Assembly: GCA_040954595.2 (NCBI GenBank)
Contig: CM082579.2
Coordinates: forward strand, 15,104,550-15,168,549
Direction of reading: 5' to 3'
Length of the DNA stretch: 64,000 bases
Source: Balanoglossus misakiensis
Lineage: Eukaryota > Animalia > Hemichordata
Positions within the stretch are counted from its first letter, which is position 1, and every line of letters starts with the position of its first letter. Positions 36,895-50,564 of the stretch are shown piece by piece. The notes beneath the pieces are model-generated. The model made no database searches. It had not been told where the DNA came from and saw nothing but the letters and a program-made list of their open reading frames with translations. The translations under genes and the position numbers were made by a program.

Positions 36895-38850
36895 AGCTGA
36901 GTTGCCAAAATGGCAATGTTGGACAATTCTTCTAATATGCATGATCAAAAATGGCCGCCAAATACCTTCTCTAAAATAAAACTTGGCCCTTTTTTCTCAA
37001 AATTATGTGTAATATCTAAAATTTCAGGATTTGCATCCATATTGGTTATGTATTGCAAATATGGCAGTGTTTGGCAACTTTTCTATTTTGCATAATCAAA
37101 AATGGCCGCCAATCACCACTAAAAGTGAAATTTTGCCATGTTTCCCAAAATGATGCGCAATATCGTATTTTCAGGATTAGCACATTCATATGGGTACCTT
37201 AAACAATACAACTGTGTTGCAAATTTGGCAGTGTTACCGTACTAATCATGAAGCAAGGAAGTGCAACCTCTGTATCCCAAATATATGTCTATCCCCACTG
37301 ATAGGAGTCACAAAGAGCCAGCCCCTCTGCATCATCCTGTTCCTCAATCTCACGATGGGAATCCTTTTCAGAATTCCGACCTCAAAACATCCAGGGATTC
37401 ACCATCATTCACCACACCCTCGTCAGTATCCACCATGTTTAGATCCAATGCCTGAACATGTTGTCTCTTTATCTATGGATTGCGTTAAAGGCCAGTGGGA
37501 GTTACATCTCCTTTTTTTGCAATTTTGACCATTTTTATCTGGTGCATAATGCTAGAGTACATATCATCCATACAGGATGATGCATGTACAGTGATGGGAA
37601 ATGTATCAATCCACTCCTGCACTAGATTTGCATACAGTGCCATACCTTTTAGGGCTATTTTCTTGACCCTTTTGATAGTCTGCTGGCCAAAAGTGGCTGG
37701 CCAAAGTGGCCAGCAGAGACATTCTTCCAATACCCTTCATAGTGCCAACAGACAAGGCTTGGATATACAACCTGTGTTGCTTGTAAGGCACACATCTCCA
37801 ATTGGTACATTGGGCCAATTATACTGTACATGTACAGCTAGGAAAAAAATATACTTCATCATAGTTTCCATGGTCAGCAGCTTCAATAACTTGTTGCCTT
37901 GTCTTACTGAACATTTAGACTTATAAAGAAGTATAACAAGAATAAAGTTGTCCAATTAGTGTTGGCAGGGGGGTGGGGGATGTGTTCTCCCATACAAAGG
38001 TGTATAGGTATGTAGTCTTTAAGAAAAACTTGGGGTAAATGACCAGAAAATTTGACTTATAATACAAATAGGTCGGGTTTTGGGCATTTACACGTGTTGA
38101 TGTTATCGACTGGGGCGACAGACTACCATCCGAAAAAATTTCAAGTACCCCCCCCCCCTCGGGTGCCGGCCAGTGGGATGGAGGTGATAGAAACTGTTGC
38201 AGATACAATAGAGGCCTACAACCTGAAAACCTTCTGGCTTTAACCGAGGACTTGCCATTAAAGATACCTGTAGGCCCCTATATGCTGCTCCCACATACAC
38301 TCCCAGTCCTAAACCTTGCATCTGATTTGTGGTGCAGATGAAGAATTAAGATTGGCTTGACAATTAGCACACTTAATTGCCTGTTATGAGATATAATACA
38401 TACAATCATGGGACAAGAATGGCAAACGTTAAATTATCCAGCAGGTGTTTGAATTATGCAAATTAGAGCAGTTGTCTAATATTGCCATGTCAACCATGTT
38501 GAAATTGTTTTAGGTACCCATATTAATGGAAACCCTGCAAATTCGATATTACACACCATTTAAAACAAATATGGGAAATTAACATGTTAGAGAAATTTGG
38601 CGGCCATTTTGGATTATGCAAATTAGAACAGTTGTCTAATATTGCCATGTCAACCATGTTGAAATTGTTTTAGGTACCCAGGAGAGTTGAATGAAAATGC
38701 CATTTGCAATGCAGTTGTCTTGTATTGGGTGCCCATATTAAGGCATTCTTGAAAACGAAACATTATTCATCATTTTGACGCAAACAGAAAAGGTGTTCAA
38801 ATGCAAATTAGAAGAGTTGCCCAACCCTGCCATATTTGCAATACAGTTGT
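36895..38850. mobile_element. Degenerate foldback-type element or inverted pair of an internally repetitive repeat family
   Basis: AAAATGGCCGCCAA-containing units at ~36900-37230 are inverted relative to TTGGCGGCCATTTT-type units at ~38440-38850. Termini are not resolved. Confidence 0.55.
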
Positions 38851-39208
38851 AGTGACTGTTAACTCGACTACAGACAGTCTCGATGAACACAAGACATGAT
38901 CCCAATTTGCAAGCTGAGTTGAAACTGACTGCTGCAGTAACTTAGCTGTGGGAATGTCTTGTGTGATTTAAAACAATGATGACCAAATTTAACACAGTTT
39001 CTCTGAGGTAACCATTTAGCTTTCGTGACTAAGTTTGTTTAAGAATCCTTTATTCTACCCAAGGAACAAATTTCCTTAGAATTTCACAACTGAGACACAG
39101 TTTACAGATATACAAAAAGTGCGTACTACAAACATAAGAAATTGTTTGCATTTTTTTTTTCTGATGGCAATGCATTTGACTGTAAACAGACATTGACGTC
39201 CTTTAGTA

Positions 39209-40032
39209 AGGGACTGTTCAGTTTTGGTGGAGGGGGGGGGGAAAGTTTGTGTCATTGGTTTTCAAAATCAGGCCGACACCCCCTTCAACCAGGACCAAAA
39301 AAATGATGACCCCCCCCCCCTTTGACAGGACCAAAATATGATGACCCTCCTCCCACCCCGAAAACATTTGCCATCCTTATCTTATGTACACTGACTGTAT
39401 GCAATAAAGGTAAAGGGTCTCCTCACACCTCAATTCTAAATTTCTTAAAGAAATTTATAATTTGAAGTGTATAATAGTATAGCGTTGCAATAAAGAAGGT
39501 CTATGGATAAATTAAAAGGACACGTCAATACAATAGTTGGTAGAATTGGTAAAACAAGAAAAGTGGAAGGGGTGGGTGTACGTAGGACAATTTTGTAAAA
39601 TACAATTAATGCATTTTAATGAACTCAAAGGCAAATTAACTTACTGTTGGGGAGGACAAATTTGACTTTTGCCACTCAAAGTTAACATCAGTGGGGGTGG
39701 GATGCCAAGTATTCTGCCCTGGTACACTATATGTGGCGAAGAAATAAGGGGATGGGTGTGGGAGGGGATGTCCCCCTTCCACATAAGAAAACTTTGTAAA
39801 ATATGTAGCTCAAAGTTGCATTTTAATGAAGTCAAAAGCAAATTATCTCAATGTTTGAAAGGACCAATTTTACTGTTGCTACTCCACTCAAAGTTAGCAT
39901 CGGTGGGTACATGTATATGACCTCCCCCCTAAACGTTTGAAAAAAAGATGACTCCCTCTTTTGGATTTCAAAATTTAAGTGACCCCCTGGATTTTGCCAG
40001 CCTCCCCCCACCGTAAAAACTGAATGGTCCCT
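39209..40032. mobile_element. Non-autonomous TIR element (MITE), TA/TAA-flanked, left arm only
   Basis: TIRs AGGGACTGTTCAGTTTT / AAAACTGAATGGTCCCT with subterminal G/C tracts. Empty sites lie at ~47810, ~56117 and ~63400. Confidence 0.85.
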
Positions 40033-41157
40033 AAGCGCTATTTTGTCAGTGAAATGGCTCCAATGTTATCCCTCCAACTATAGTTGAAACGGAGTTAAAT
40101 ATGTACAGCTTGAAATCATAAAATGTTGCAAAATTGAACCAAGAGTTTGGTCAATGATCAAGTTCTTACAGCTATTACTAGAACCATACAGTCTCAGCGA
40201 ACAAGAGACATTGGTCCGATTTGCAAGCCGAGTTGGAACTGACTTTGCCTGCACACAGATGTGCCAATTTCAGCGAATCTTATCGTATTTAAAAATGAAT
40301 ATGGAGAATTGTTATCTGTGTTCCTATTGCTAGCCTACATACATGTAGCTGTTGTCATTCTAGTGTTTTTTTCTGTATACCAAAATTGCCACACTGTTTG
40401 GGATACTTTTATCAAATGTTATGTGATACTATATCAGCCTGTTTTGGGGATCTTGACAATGACATATATTAGACTTTTCATACACAGCATGAGGTAGAAT
40501 TTCAGAAACGATTAGGTAATAAGTCTGCACATCTCATAGGAAATAATCACTTTAGAAGTATTACGATAAAAAAAATCATTTCACTCTTATTGGGAGCATA
40601 CATTTGTAAAACATACATACAGACATGAATACAGACATAGAGAGATCAAGGTGTATACGATTTTCAGTGGGGGAGGGGGTCCTCCTTAATTGCAAACAAC
40701 TATGTAATGGTAATTTCCCTTTTATAATAACAATTTTTGAGGTATAAGGAAAAAATATCAAACAAAATAAACAAAAAAACTAATTCAGCTATGATTTGAT
40801 TCAATTATCATTCTAAAGAAGCACATATCATTAACTCACAACTAAACTTTTAAAGTGATCAACCATGCACTTTCTGAGAATTTTTTTTATGCCCCCAAAA
40901 TACAATTTTTTCATTTTCAGAACATTTATGATATATCACAGTAAAAAAATCCCCTGGAAACGTCAAAACAAAAAATTGCAAAGCAATCAAACAAAAATGG
41001 CAAAAATTGTCCACAAAAACTATATTGACAGTTCCATCATAGGATTTGTTAAAATGTCGTGATAACACACCTAGGAACCTGCAAACCAAATTTCAAAGAA
41101 CTGTGAGTAGAGGTTTTTGAGTATTTGACCAAAATCACCCCAAAAATATACTTCAAA

Positions 41158-43505
41158 CCAGATATTAACTGAATATGCTCACGTGCAGTACTGTGATTGG
41201 TTGACAGAATAACAAGATTAGAAAAACCAGTGTTAAACCAATTTGGTTTATAGTGTATATGGTGTAAGGGTTGTGTGTTGCACCATTGTGAAATGTAAAC
41301 ATGTTTGTGGAATTGTTGCCTTGTCAATTTTTGTAAGGGGTTATGAGTCATGTACCCCATCCTGAACTGCATAAAAAGATAAGTCTATGGAATTCTAAAA
41401 CTCGTTGATCAAAAATGGCAAGAAATATACCAAAAAGTATGAATATTTCACCAGATTTCAACAAATCTGATTTCTGTTCATGCCTAAGAACCTCTTTAAC
41501 AAGTTTCAATAAGGAAGACATTTTGGCAAACAACAGGTAATTCAGACAAATCTGACTGATATCACATATATGAATTCCCATTCAAAGTTTCCAATCAATT
41601 GGACTTGTGGTTTTACTGAAGACTATTTGGCCAAACCCTGCAGAATTCCCAAAAAATACAATTATGCAAATTTCTTTACAATTTGATCATATCTGACTGA
41701 GATCACCCCTAGAAACCCAAATACAAAGTATCAAAACAATTGCACTTACAGTTTCACGGGATTTGATTTTTTGACAAAAACAGGAAATATTGCCCAAAAA
41801 TGCATTTTTGCAAATTTCACCACCGTTTGCACAAATGTGATTCAGGTAAGCCCTATGAACCTCCATACCAAGTTTCCAATCAATTGGACATGTAATTTCA
41901 GAGAAGAATTTTTTTTAACAAAACTGCAGAAAATTCCCCCAAAAATTCATAAAAAATAGCAAACGCCAGATACTGACTCCACCTGAACAAAATCATACGA
42001 GGTCTTCCCATAGTACTTGCACACCAATGCACGCCAATTTTTAACTGAATCTGATCCGCTGTTATTAAGTTTTTCAATTTTGACTACTTGAACATTTTTC
42101 CAGTTAATACCAGTATGCATTTTTTCGCAATAACAATTTCTATGTACACACTAAATATCAGTAGTTTCAAGTTTTTGATGTTGATGGACATACACATACA
42201 TACATCAATACATTTAGACGAAACTGATCCATTCGCAAAATACATAATTCTGTATGAGGCACACATACAGACATACATAGACGACGGACACCAACTTATG
42301 CTATAAGCTGACATTGATATACATGTTAGCCAAAAACCAAAATCAACCTCAAAATAGACATTAAAATATATTGCACCACCATGAGAAGACAAATTCATTT
42401 TTCGACAAATTTTCTGGGGCGTCATTGATATAGCATGGCATATTGTCAAAGTACGTAGTCTCTGTGATAAGATTCCATACACACAAAATGGTAACCTTGG
42501 AAGTCCAGCTGACGTAGTTATGCAATGGCGTCTCGTGTATTCCGTCGCCAAAAAATCATCGTAAAATTGATAGTCGGGGTCACAATTCAAGACGACTTTC
42601 TCTAAATTCTTTATGAATGGATTAAATCGAAATCGAAATGTTGACGTATGACGTACGGAATGAGATCTGAACAGACATTCAATGTTATCATTCTCGCTCG
42701 ATCACATATTGGGTAAGCCATCTAGCAATCGCTATATAGTATTGGCGGTAACAGACTGTCTATAAACTCACAAAACGGATTTTACTGTTGAGTGTGATCA
42801 ACCGCCACGTTATTTTTCTCTGAACAATAGACAAATAGAAAGCCTGGTGACATTTTGAGATTGACTGCGTGAGGACCACAATATGCGTGAATCATTTACG
42901 GTTTGTCTTGATGAATGGGTCACGTCATAGTCATAACGCGGATTCGGCTGCACGCCAACTATCCGCCATATTGTCTCCACTAACTTACTCGTAAGTAGTT
43001 TCAAACTTCATTTGAAAAGAGTATTCGTCTGACGGTCCTGTAGATTAACAATTTACGCTCTATGAAGCAACTAAACAACATTAGCTTCCTTGTGGATTCA
43101 CGTAGGGAAGTTATTCGTAACGACGGGTACAGCGTCTGAGCATGGACAGAACCACGGCAATATCGCCAGGAATGTCTCATTTCACAGCGCCCTCAAACTG
43201 TCGATCTCCTCAAACTATCGTTTCCACTGGTCATATATGCGGCATTAACGAAAGCTCACATAGACAATCATGTAATAGTAAAATTAAAACTTAAATAACT
43301 TCATTAATATCAAAGCCAAACGCACCAAAACCTTTTCAGTTCTTGCCATATGATATCTGAACCTGTGTACTAAATTTGGTTGAAATCGGTTCAGCGGTTC
43401 TTTAGATATCGGGTATACAGACAGACACACACACACATACATACATACACACACACACACACAGACATCGCTAAACCATAAGCTCACGTGATTTTCACGT
43501 GAGCT
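41158..43505 (-). mobile_element. Non-autonomous Helentron (HINE-like) composite insertion, left arm only
   Basis: Inserted in an A/T run with no TSD (empty site ~62295). Terminal hairpin AGCTCACGTG-ATTTT-CACGTGAGCT at 43481-43505, matching subterminal GCTCACGTG at 41177-41185, and an (ACAG/CA)n microsatellite. A nested similar element ends in a hairpin at ~42306-42330. Confidence 0.8.
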
Positions 43506-44269
43506 AAAAATGAAAAAAAATCCATGAGGTCTCAAAATGAATACACACCAATTTCTAAAGCAATTTGACCAGTTTCCACCAATTTCACATTGGTCCCAGT
43601 GGTAGATAGACATATACGAAATGGGAACCAAAGAATAAAACACATTTCAAAGATTTAACACATCTTTTTCCTCAAGAGTGTTTTTCAAATCTTCTCCACA
43701 TCCTTCAAAATCGCCACCATAAAGCCATATTACTTGTAGTGCTTATGTTTGTCATATCTAGGTGATGCATACCACTATAGATGTGTACCCTTTGTATAGA
43801 GGCAGATTAAACAGGTGTGGTACCTGTTAAATATCTGACTTCTTTAAATTACAGCCACAATCGTCAGTCAACAAGATGTTCATGTAGATGTATACCTAGC
43901 AGTAAGCTTATTTAGATTGACAAATCTTAGATGAAAATAATGAAAAAGTGGCACAACCCTTAGGGCTTTAACTAGCAGCTTTATGCCAGATGAGTTCGAG
44001 TCTAACGATGTAATGTTGACATTAAGGTTTCATTGAAATAACTTGGGAACCTCTCTACTATTTGAAGCACCAAAGCTGTGAAAAACTTCCTTCTTTCCCT
44101 GAGTTTTTTATGAATATGTTCTAATCTGGGACAACAATTTGTTGCCAAGTGTCTTGACCCCTTTACCAAATGTCAGGGACCGGATTTTTTTCAGCAAAAT
44201 TTCAAATAACCTTGGCTGATTTTTTACCTACTTTCACATATTGGGTAGCATGAAACAAAGTATGGCTTC

Positions 44270-45455
44270 CAGAAGGGTTATAGATACAGTGTTTTGTAAT
44301 AACAAGAATTAACATGAAACTATAATTTCATGGTTAATTTAGGACCGCCTTAATCTATGGTAATGTCATTAAATATTTGCATATCTAATTGTAGGCTATC
44401 CAGTGGAGGGAGAAACCTAAACATGGACAACATTGGGGTCAAAATTGTTTGACAGAACTTTGGGTGACTTTGGGTAAACCTTGACCAACATTACTATATC
44501 TTGGCATCCAGAGCAGATGCAACCTTGACACTTGGAGTGATGGAAATGCATAATGGAGTATTATGTCTCAGCTAGTCACAGTGCTTTTGCTGTGTTTTAT
44601 GTCTTTTATTCAGCCAAATTAGATGTTTTTTATTACACATTGGCTGTGTTTGCCAGTACTTTTTAGCTGGTCACACTGCCTTAAGACAATGTATTCTCAA
44701 AATACCATGCAATCATTATGAAGCATATACAGCAGACAAAGTTATGGTATGACTGAACTTGCCCTACTTTGTGACTAAAGCATGACCGGCCTGTCTTAGG
44801 TGGCCCCTACCTAGGGGCTTTACCCGTCATTGGCTCACAGTCTGAGAAATCAGCTCTGCAGGGAAGTTAACGATGTAACCCACCATTAAAGCTTGGATTT
44901 CCGCTTTTTGTATCTGATGCCTGGCTGAGGCCTTCTTAGGATCTACCCAACGCTGAGTAGGCTATCCCGTCATTGGCACACAGTCTCAGGGAGGGAGTTC
45001 AAAGTTCAGTATACCAGCAAAGCCTTTATATTGTCCATTCTTTTTAAGAGAAGGCTGGCTGCTGTAGAAAAATGTTGATCTCAAATGTATCATGTCCAAA
45101 AAAAGGCAGACTTCCAGCCCTATTGGTTAGGCTGGCATTAGGTATGTACATAATTAATGAGGCAAGACATAATATTCCATTACATAGTTCCATAACTCCA
45201 AGTGTCAAGGATGTATCTGTGCCGGATGCCAAGATATAGGAATGTAGGTCAAAGTTTACCCAAGATCACCCAAAAGTTTGTCAAAAGATTTTGACCCCTG
45301 AGTTGTCCATGTCCAGGTTACCACATCCACTAGAATAAGATATGCACATATTTAATGAGGTTACCATAGCTCAAGGGGGTCTTTAATTAACCATCAACAT
45401 TTAGTTTCATATTAATGCATGTTAATATAATACACTGTATCTATAACCCTACTGG
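44270..45455. repeat. Cassette of ~300-bp inverted repeats around a ~590-bp conserved core (inverted copy at ~60350-61545)
   Basis: 44270-44570 is the reverse complement of 45160-45455. The core 44570-45160 is almost identical to the reverse complement of 60653-61240. Confidence 0.88.
44784..44989 (-). ncRNA. Candidate structured RNA: two related stem-loop motifs (44925-44989, 44784-44843)
   Basis: Shared AGACTGTGWGCCAATGACGGG...CCTAAGA(C)AGGCC scaffold with different but pairing inner stems. G-U pairs favour the minus strand. Confidence 0.45.
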
Positions 45456-48400
45456 TAAGCCTAGAATTAGGTACATGCGAAAGTTTTTGACAAGATAGAT
45501 AAGTTGTAAAATATGTACATGAACCTGACAATTGACTTAAAATAACATAAGGCAGACTTGATACTTATCGGAGATAGATACTAATAACAACAGTGATGTT
45601 AATTACACCGGGAATGTTTGTCTTATTATAGCTACATGTAAAAGACTGCTTGAGGTAATGTAATTAAAGTGACCACTTGCGATTCACCTTCAAAGTGCTA
45701 TGCAAGTCTACGGTACATTGTTTTTCCAATGATTGGACAAAGGATATTCATAATGTGTAATTAAGGCTGGATAGCATTTTCAATGTAATAAGCCCTGCCT
45801 TCACTATAATCTTACGCCAAATCAACATTGTTCAATTTATGTTAATAATTTCACTAAGGGATACTTGTTACATCAAATTTCCCAGCAAGGGGTGTCAGAT
45901 TATTGGGCAAGTGGCATGCATGACACTAGACGATACTTTTGGAAGCAAAGCGGACAGAACACGGCTGGATATAGACTAGGTAATTCTGAATGTGACCATG
46001 AACTGTACCACAGACTCTGTATTGTATGTTTCTGAAGAATCCCATTTAACCCAGACATCAACATACTTCAACCTTGTAAGAAGTAGAACATACATGATTT
46101 ACTAGTAAATATTTGCTAGGTTATTACACACTTTGGATTACACAAAAATAGGTGTGTACACCGCTGTGACATTGCCAAGCAGATATGACCTACCAGGTAA
46201 CCTAATACAATTTCACAGGAATCGGAGTATTTTCAGTGAAAACAACATTTCTTCAACAATGACAAAAACTGCCTCAACCACAAAAATTCAGATATCAACA
46301 AATCCAACAATATCTCACTTCAATCACCACAAGGAACATGCCTACCAAAATTGAAAGCAATTTGACATGCGGTTTCAAAGAATACAAATTGCAAAAATTG
46401 CCTCAAGACCACAAATATGCAAATTTCAACAAAATGATATACAACATTACTTGGGTTACCTCATGGAACATGCAAACCAAAATTTAAATGCAACCTGACC
46501 TGACATAGAGTTTCAGAGAAAATGATTTTTGACCAAAAATGACAAAATTACATTTCCCAAAAATTACGAATTTTGCCACAATTTAAACAATACTAACAAA
46601 GATTACCTATAGGAAATAGCTTACTAAATTCTAGATACAATTCACGATATTAGCTGAAAGTATATCAGGCGTGACATAAGCTACATGCATACAAACGTTC
46701 AAAGCAATCTGACCAGTTGTTGAGTTTCTGAGTTTTGATCAATTTCACATTGCTCCAGGTAATTAGCATATTTCATTTGAACAGGCGTGCCTGCATCTAA
46801 AAACCCAATATCAAGACTTACCACACAGACTCTGTATTGTATGTTTCTGGAGTAATCAAATAAAACCAATCATGAAAATACTTCAACCTTCTTAATATGA
46901 ACAAAATCCTATTTACAGGCTGGCCTACATCTACACACCAAATATCAAGGGGATACGCGAAGGGGTTTTCAAGTTTTTGATGTGGACAGACATACATACA
47001 TCCATACATACTACATACACACATACAGAGGCAACTGACTGGTCAGAAGGCATGAGCAAAAATGCAGGAAATCAATGTTGTGACACTGGTAGTAGGCCTT
47101 AATGTATACAATATCAAGACAGTTTATTTAACATGAAGTTTGATATGTTCATAATCATTCAGAGCTAAGCATATTTTGAAATTGTAAAATTAATATCAAT
47201 CACATGAAAACTGACAGCATGCTTTCATTTGGGAATTTAGGTATTGTAATTAACACTAACAGTCATGAAACTATTGAATCGTCAATAAAATCATACAGTA
47301 GAAATTAATGGGTTTTCTATTTATATGCGATGTGAAAATGCAACTTGTGGTCCTTCGGCCAGTAAGAGGCATCAGATAATATTGTAAGACCCAGTTGCCC
47401 AATTGATTAGACCTACATGTATGCGTTGTGTGAAGCGCAAGTTATGGCAACTGAATTCACAGGACACTGAAGAAAGTGGAATCATTCAAGGTACATATGT
47501 ATACATGTAGGCTAACAATCACAACACAGAGAATAGTTCTCCATATTCATTTTTAATACGATAAGATTCACTGAATTGGCGCATCCATGGGCAGGCAAGG
47601 TTAGTTCCAACTCAGTTTGCAAATCAGGCCCATGTATCTTGTTCCCTGAGACTGTCTGCTTCTAATAATAGCTGTAAGAACATAATCGTTGACCGAATGG
47701 TTGGTTCAATTTTGCGACATTTTATGATTTCAAGCTGTGCAATATTTGCAACTCAGTTTCAACTTTGGTTGGAGGGATGATGATGAAGCAATTTCACTGA
47801 CAAAATAGCACTACTAACTGACGTCAATATTTGTTCAAAGTTAAATGCATTGCCATCAGAAAAATGTTTACGAAAAGTTTCGTATGTGAATAATAACACT
47901 TTTTCGCATAACTGCAAACCCTGTCACAGTTGTGAAATTCTAAGAAAATTCATTCATTAGGTAGAATTCGTGCTTTATGAATTCTTAAACAAACTTAGTC
48001 ATGAAACCTAAATGGTTACCTTACACATGTGGAGGCTCGACTTCTGTGATATGATAGTCTTTAATTAATGTGTATGTGATTCAATACAAATCCATATGAT
48101 TACCTGAACATACAAAATAAATTAAAAATAAATACATAAATTAAAAATAAATAAGTATCTCATACATATGCATAAGTGCTTGTGAGAAATATATCATATA
48201 TCTAAATAAACCTGTCATTTATTGACCTCATTTTCCCAGTAAACCAAAGGACTAAATTGCACTTTAATATTACAGCTTCATTTCAATGCAACAGGTACAC
48301 TACATCATAAGGGAACAAATATGCCAGCTCAACATTTATATAAACAGTGTCAAAATATAAGTGGCTACAAAAGCTTGTGTCCCTTCAATCCATTCTCCCA

Positions 48401-48745
48401 CTCAGGTCAAACGTGTTACATATTAAAATTGCAATGTGCATAATATACAATTAGTCTTTTGTAAATTCAGACTGAGAAAATATGACTGATAAACATTATC
48501 TGGCACATGTTGGTGAATGGCTGGCGTTGATGTTGTGGGTTGAAATCCGAACTATGATTATCGCGGGTACAAATCACATTTATTTTCTCAGAGACAACAC
48601 GTTTGCAACTTCGGGACAGAAAGGTGAAAACGAACGTCATTAGTTCTTGGGAAAAAACTCTGAAATCAATTTCGGTGAGGTCAAATGTGTTCCAAAGGCA
48701 AACCGTTTCTGGTAAACAAATCAATGGCAAATAGTTACTTCGGCG

Positions 48746-48943
48746 ACTTACCAATCAATCAACATGGCTGCCAAATCGTTGGATATCCCGGTTTCATCTC
48801 GCGATCATTCTATCTTCCGATATGGCGTTGCTTGGTTAAATTCGTCTCTTCTTTGCCGACATAGTCGGGCGACAGCGGTCCAGAAGCATATACAGCGACG
48901 CCATCTTGTTTACAATGTGAAGTATCAACTGCGCATGCTCAAT
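48746..48943 (-). promoter_or_regulatory. CpG-rich promoter/first-exon-like segment facing outward from the palindrome centre
   Basis: NRF1-like GCATGCGCA, YY1-like CAAGATGGCG, and a GTAAGT donor at 48746-48751 (minus strand). Confidence 0.4.
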
Positions 48944-50014
48944 GGTTGTTGATTGGAAAGTGGGCAGAGCCTGCAAGATCCAGGGTTCGCTTGACCGGCC
49001 AAACGCGGTTATTCTCCCTGGACCAAATCATTTAAGCGTCAGGCGTAATACATCACATAATTGACTGGAAAACTAAACAGTCTTCCACCATATATCAACA
49101 CAGTTTATTAAACCAGCACCCGCGCAAATATTTACAAGTATATGATTAAAATTGATCAAATCATTAATCGCACGGTTACAGCTGTCATAGTTTCTAATAA
49201 TATTATTCACTGGTAGCGCTGACATACCATGTTGAAACTTGTCGCGGAAAACAAGATAATTGATCTTACGGTGTCATTTGTTTTTAAAAAGTGCTTAATA
49301 ACTATTGATCCCATTGATATATTTTTCCATATTTATATATTTTTCGCAAAGTTTGACTGCTTGGGCTACTAATAGCATGGTAATCACAATGGATTTACCA
49401 CCTCCCAGCTGCGTTATAAAAGAATGCCTATTCTGTGGACACTAGCCTCATCGAAGACCGAACGTGTTCATCGATGTTTCCATTCATGACGAATCCAATG
49501 CAGGCATCGCAGTCATTCTGGCTTTCACGCTGTGGGCACCTCTGGTGACAGCAATTCCCAACAAGTTGCGGGTAAGTAATCACACAACCTATATGAGTGA
49601 AAGTTTCTTGTCATTTTCGCAACGTCAAGGTTGATATTCTCTTCTTGGATCGAAAATGTGTGACACAACAAATGAATATGCGTGGCAGGGTCGGCTGTGT
49701 CTTTTGCTTCGAGGCATAGTCGTCAGACACACATCCCTAACACGCGAAGCCAGCTTATCCTTTGATCAAATGGCAGCGCTATTCTAAATATTTTACAGCA
49801 TGCCCTAAAGGACAAACACGTGCCGCTGGAAGAGGCCAAAACTCAGCAGAGACGGCAAGATGTTAACGGAGGTGAGCCCCAACAATAAATTAATATTGTT
49901 CCTTTTATTTAGAAAACGCCGCATAATTAGCCAACCAATCATGGTTATGAGAAACCTCCAAAATACAATGTATCGATATTTACTGCATCTGTTCATACTT
50001 CGCCCGCGCTTTAA

Positions 50015-50379
50015 AAACCCTATAGCTGCTAAAATTGGCATATTTTTTTCCAGAGTAAAATACTTCATATGTATATTCCCTATTCCCTAAAATCTTCACC
50101 CGTGACCATTAAGCCATATTACTTGCATTTGCATTGGTTTGTCATCACTTGGCGTCGCATTTCACGATAGCTGCTTAGCTGCTATTGTTTGTATGAAGGC
50201 TGATTAAATCGGTGAGGCACCGTTTTAATACATAGCATGTTCCAATTGCAACATGCAGTCACAATCGGGCATCGATAAGATGTTTATGTATACCTATCAG
50301 TAAGCTTATTTTGATGAACCAATTTAAGTTGGAAAATAAAATCATGAAAATAATGCAAAAAGTGGCAGCTTTGGAGGCT
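50015..50379. mobile_element. Kolobok-like non-autonomous element
   Basis: TTAA on both sides (50011-50014, 50380-50383) and degenerate TIRs AAACCCTATAGCTGC / GCAGCTTTGGAGGCT. Related copies lie at ~43655-43970 and ~61800-62090. Confidence 0.65.
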
Positions 50380-50413
50380 TTAAACTACAGTTCTCCCAAA
50401 TTGTCTTGACTAA

Positions 50414-50564
50414 ATGACATACATGTGGTCAAAAGTTCTGACTGCAGAAGAGGTTGCAGCTCTGGCGGGGGACTGTTCAATTGGAGGAAATATATTTACA
50501 TGGAATACAGACAATATTGAAATGGCAGCAGAAATAGTTCCTACTGAAAAGAATGCTATCTGCA
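50414..50564 (+). pseudogene. Orphan exon fragment encoding the C-terminus of a pentraxin/LamG-like domain
   Basis: YMWSKVLTAEEVAALAGDCSIGGNIFTWNTDNIEM fits the pentraxin C-terminal pattern (MWxxVLsxeEI...C...Gnv.sW). Phase-1 donor GTGAGT at 50565. Confidence 0.7.

Larger units (their letters stand above)
38697..48943. repeat. Left arm of a giant inverted repeat
   Basis: Colinear reverse-complement match to 55209-64000, e.g. 48625-48943/55209-55530, 47520-48404/55531-56400, 44040-45980/59810-61760, 43510-43930/61830-62300, 38697-39200/63400-64000. Confidence 0.93.

Noticed and set aside
49389-49577. Signal-peptide-like exon with a GTAAGT donor upstream of the pentraxin fragment
   Set aside because: There is an in-frame stop after the ATG and no evidence linking it to the pentraxin exon.
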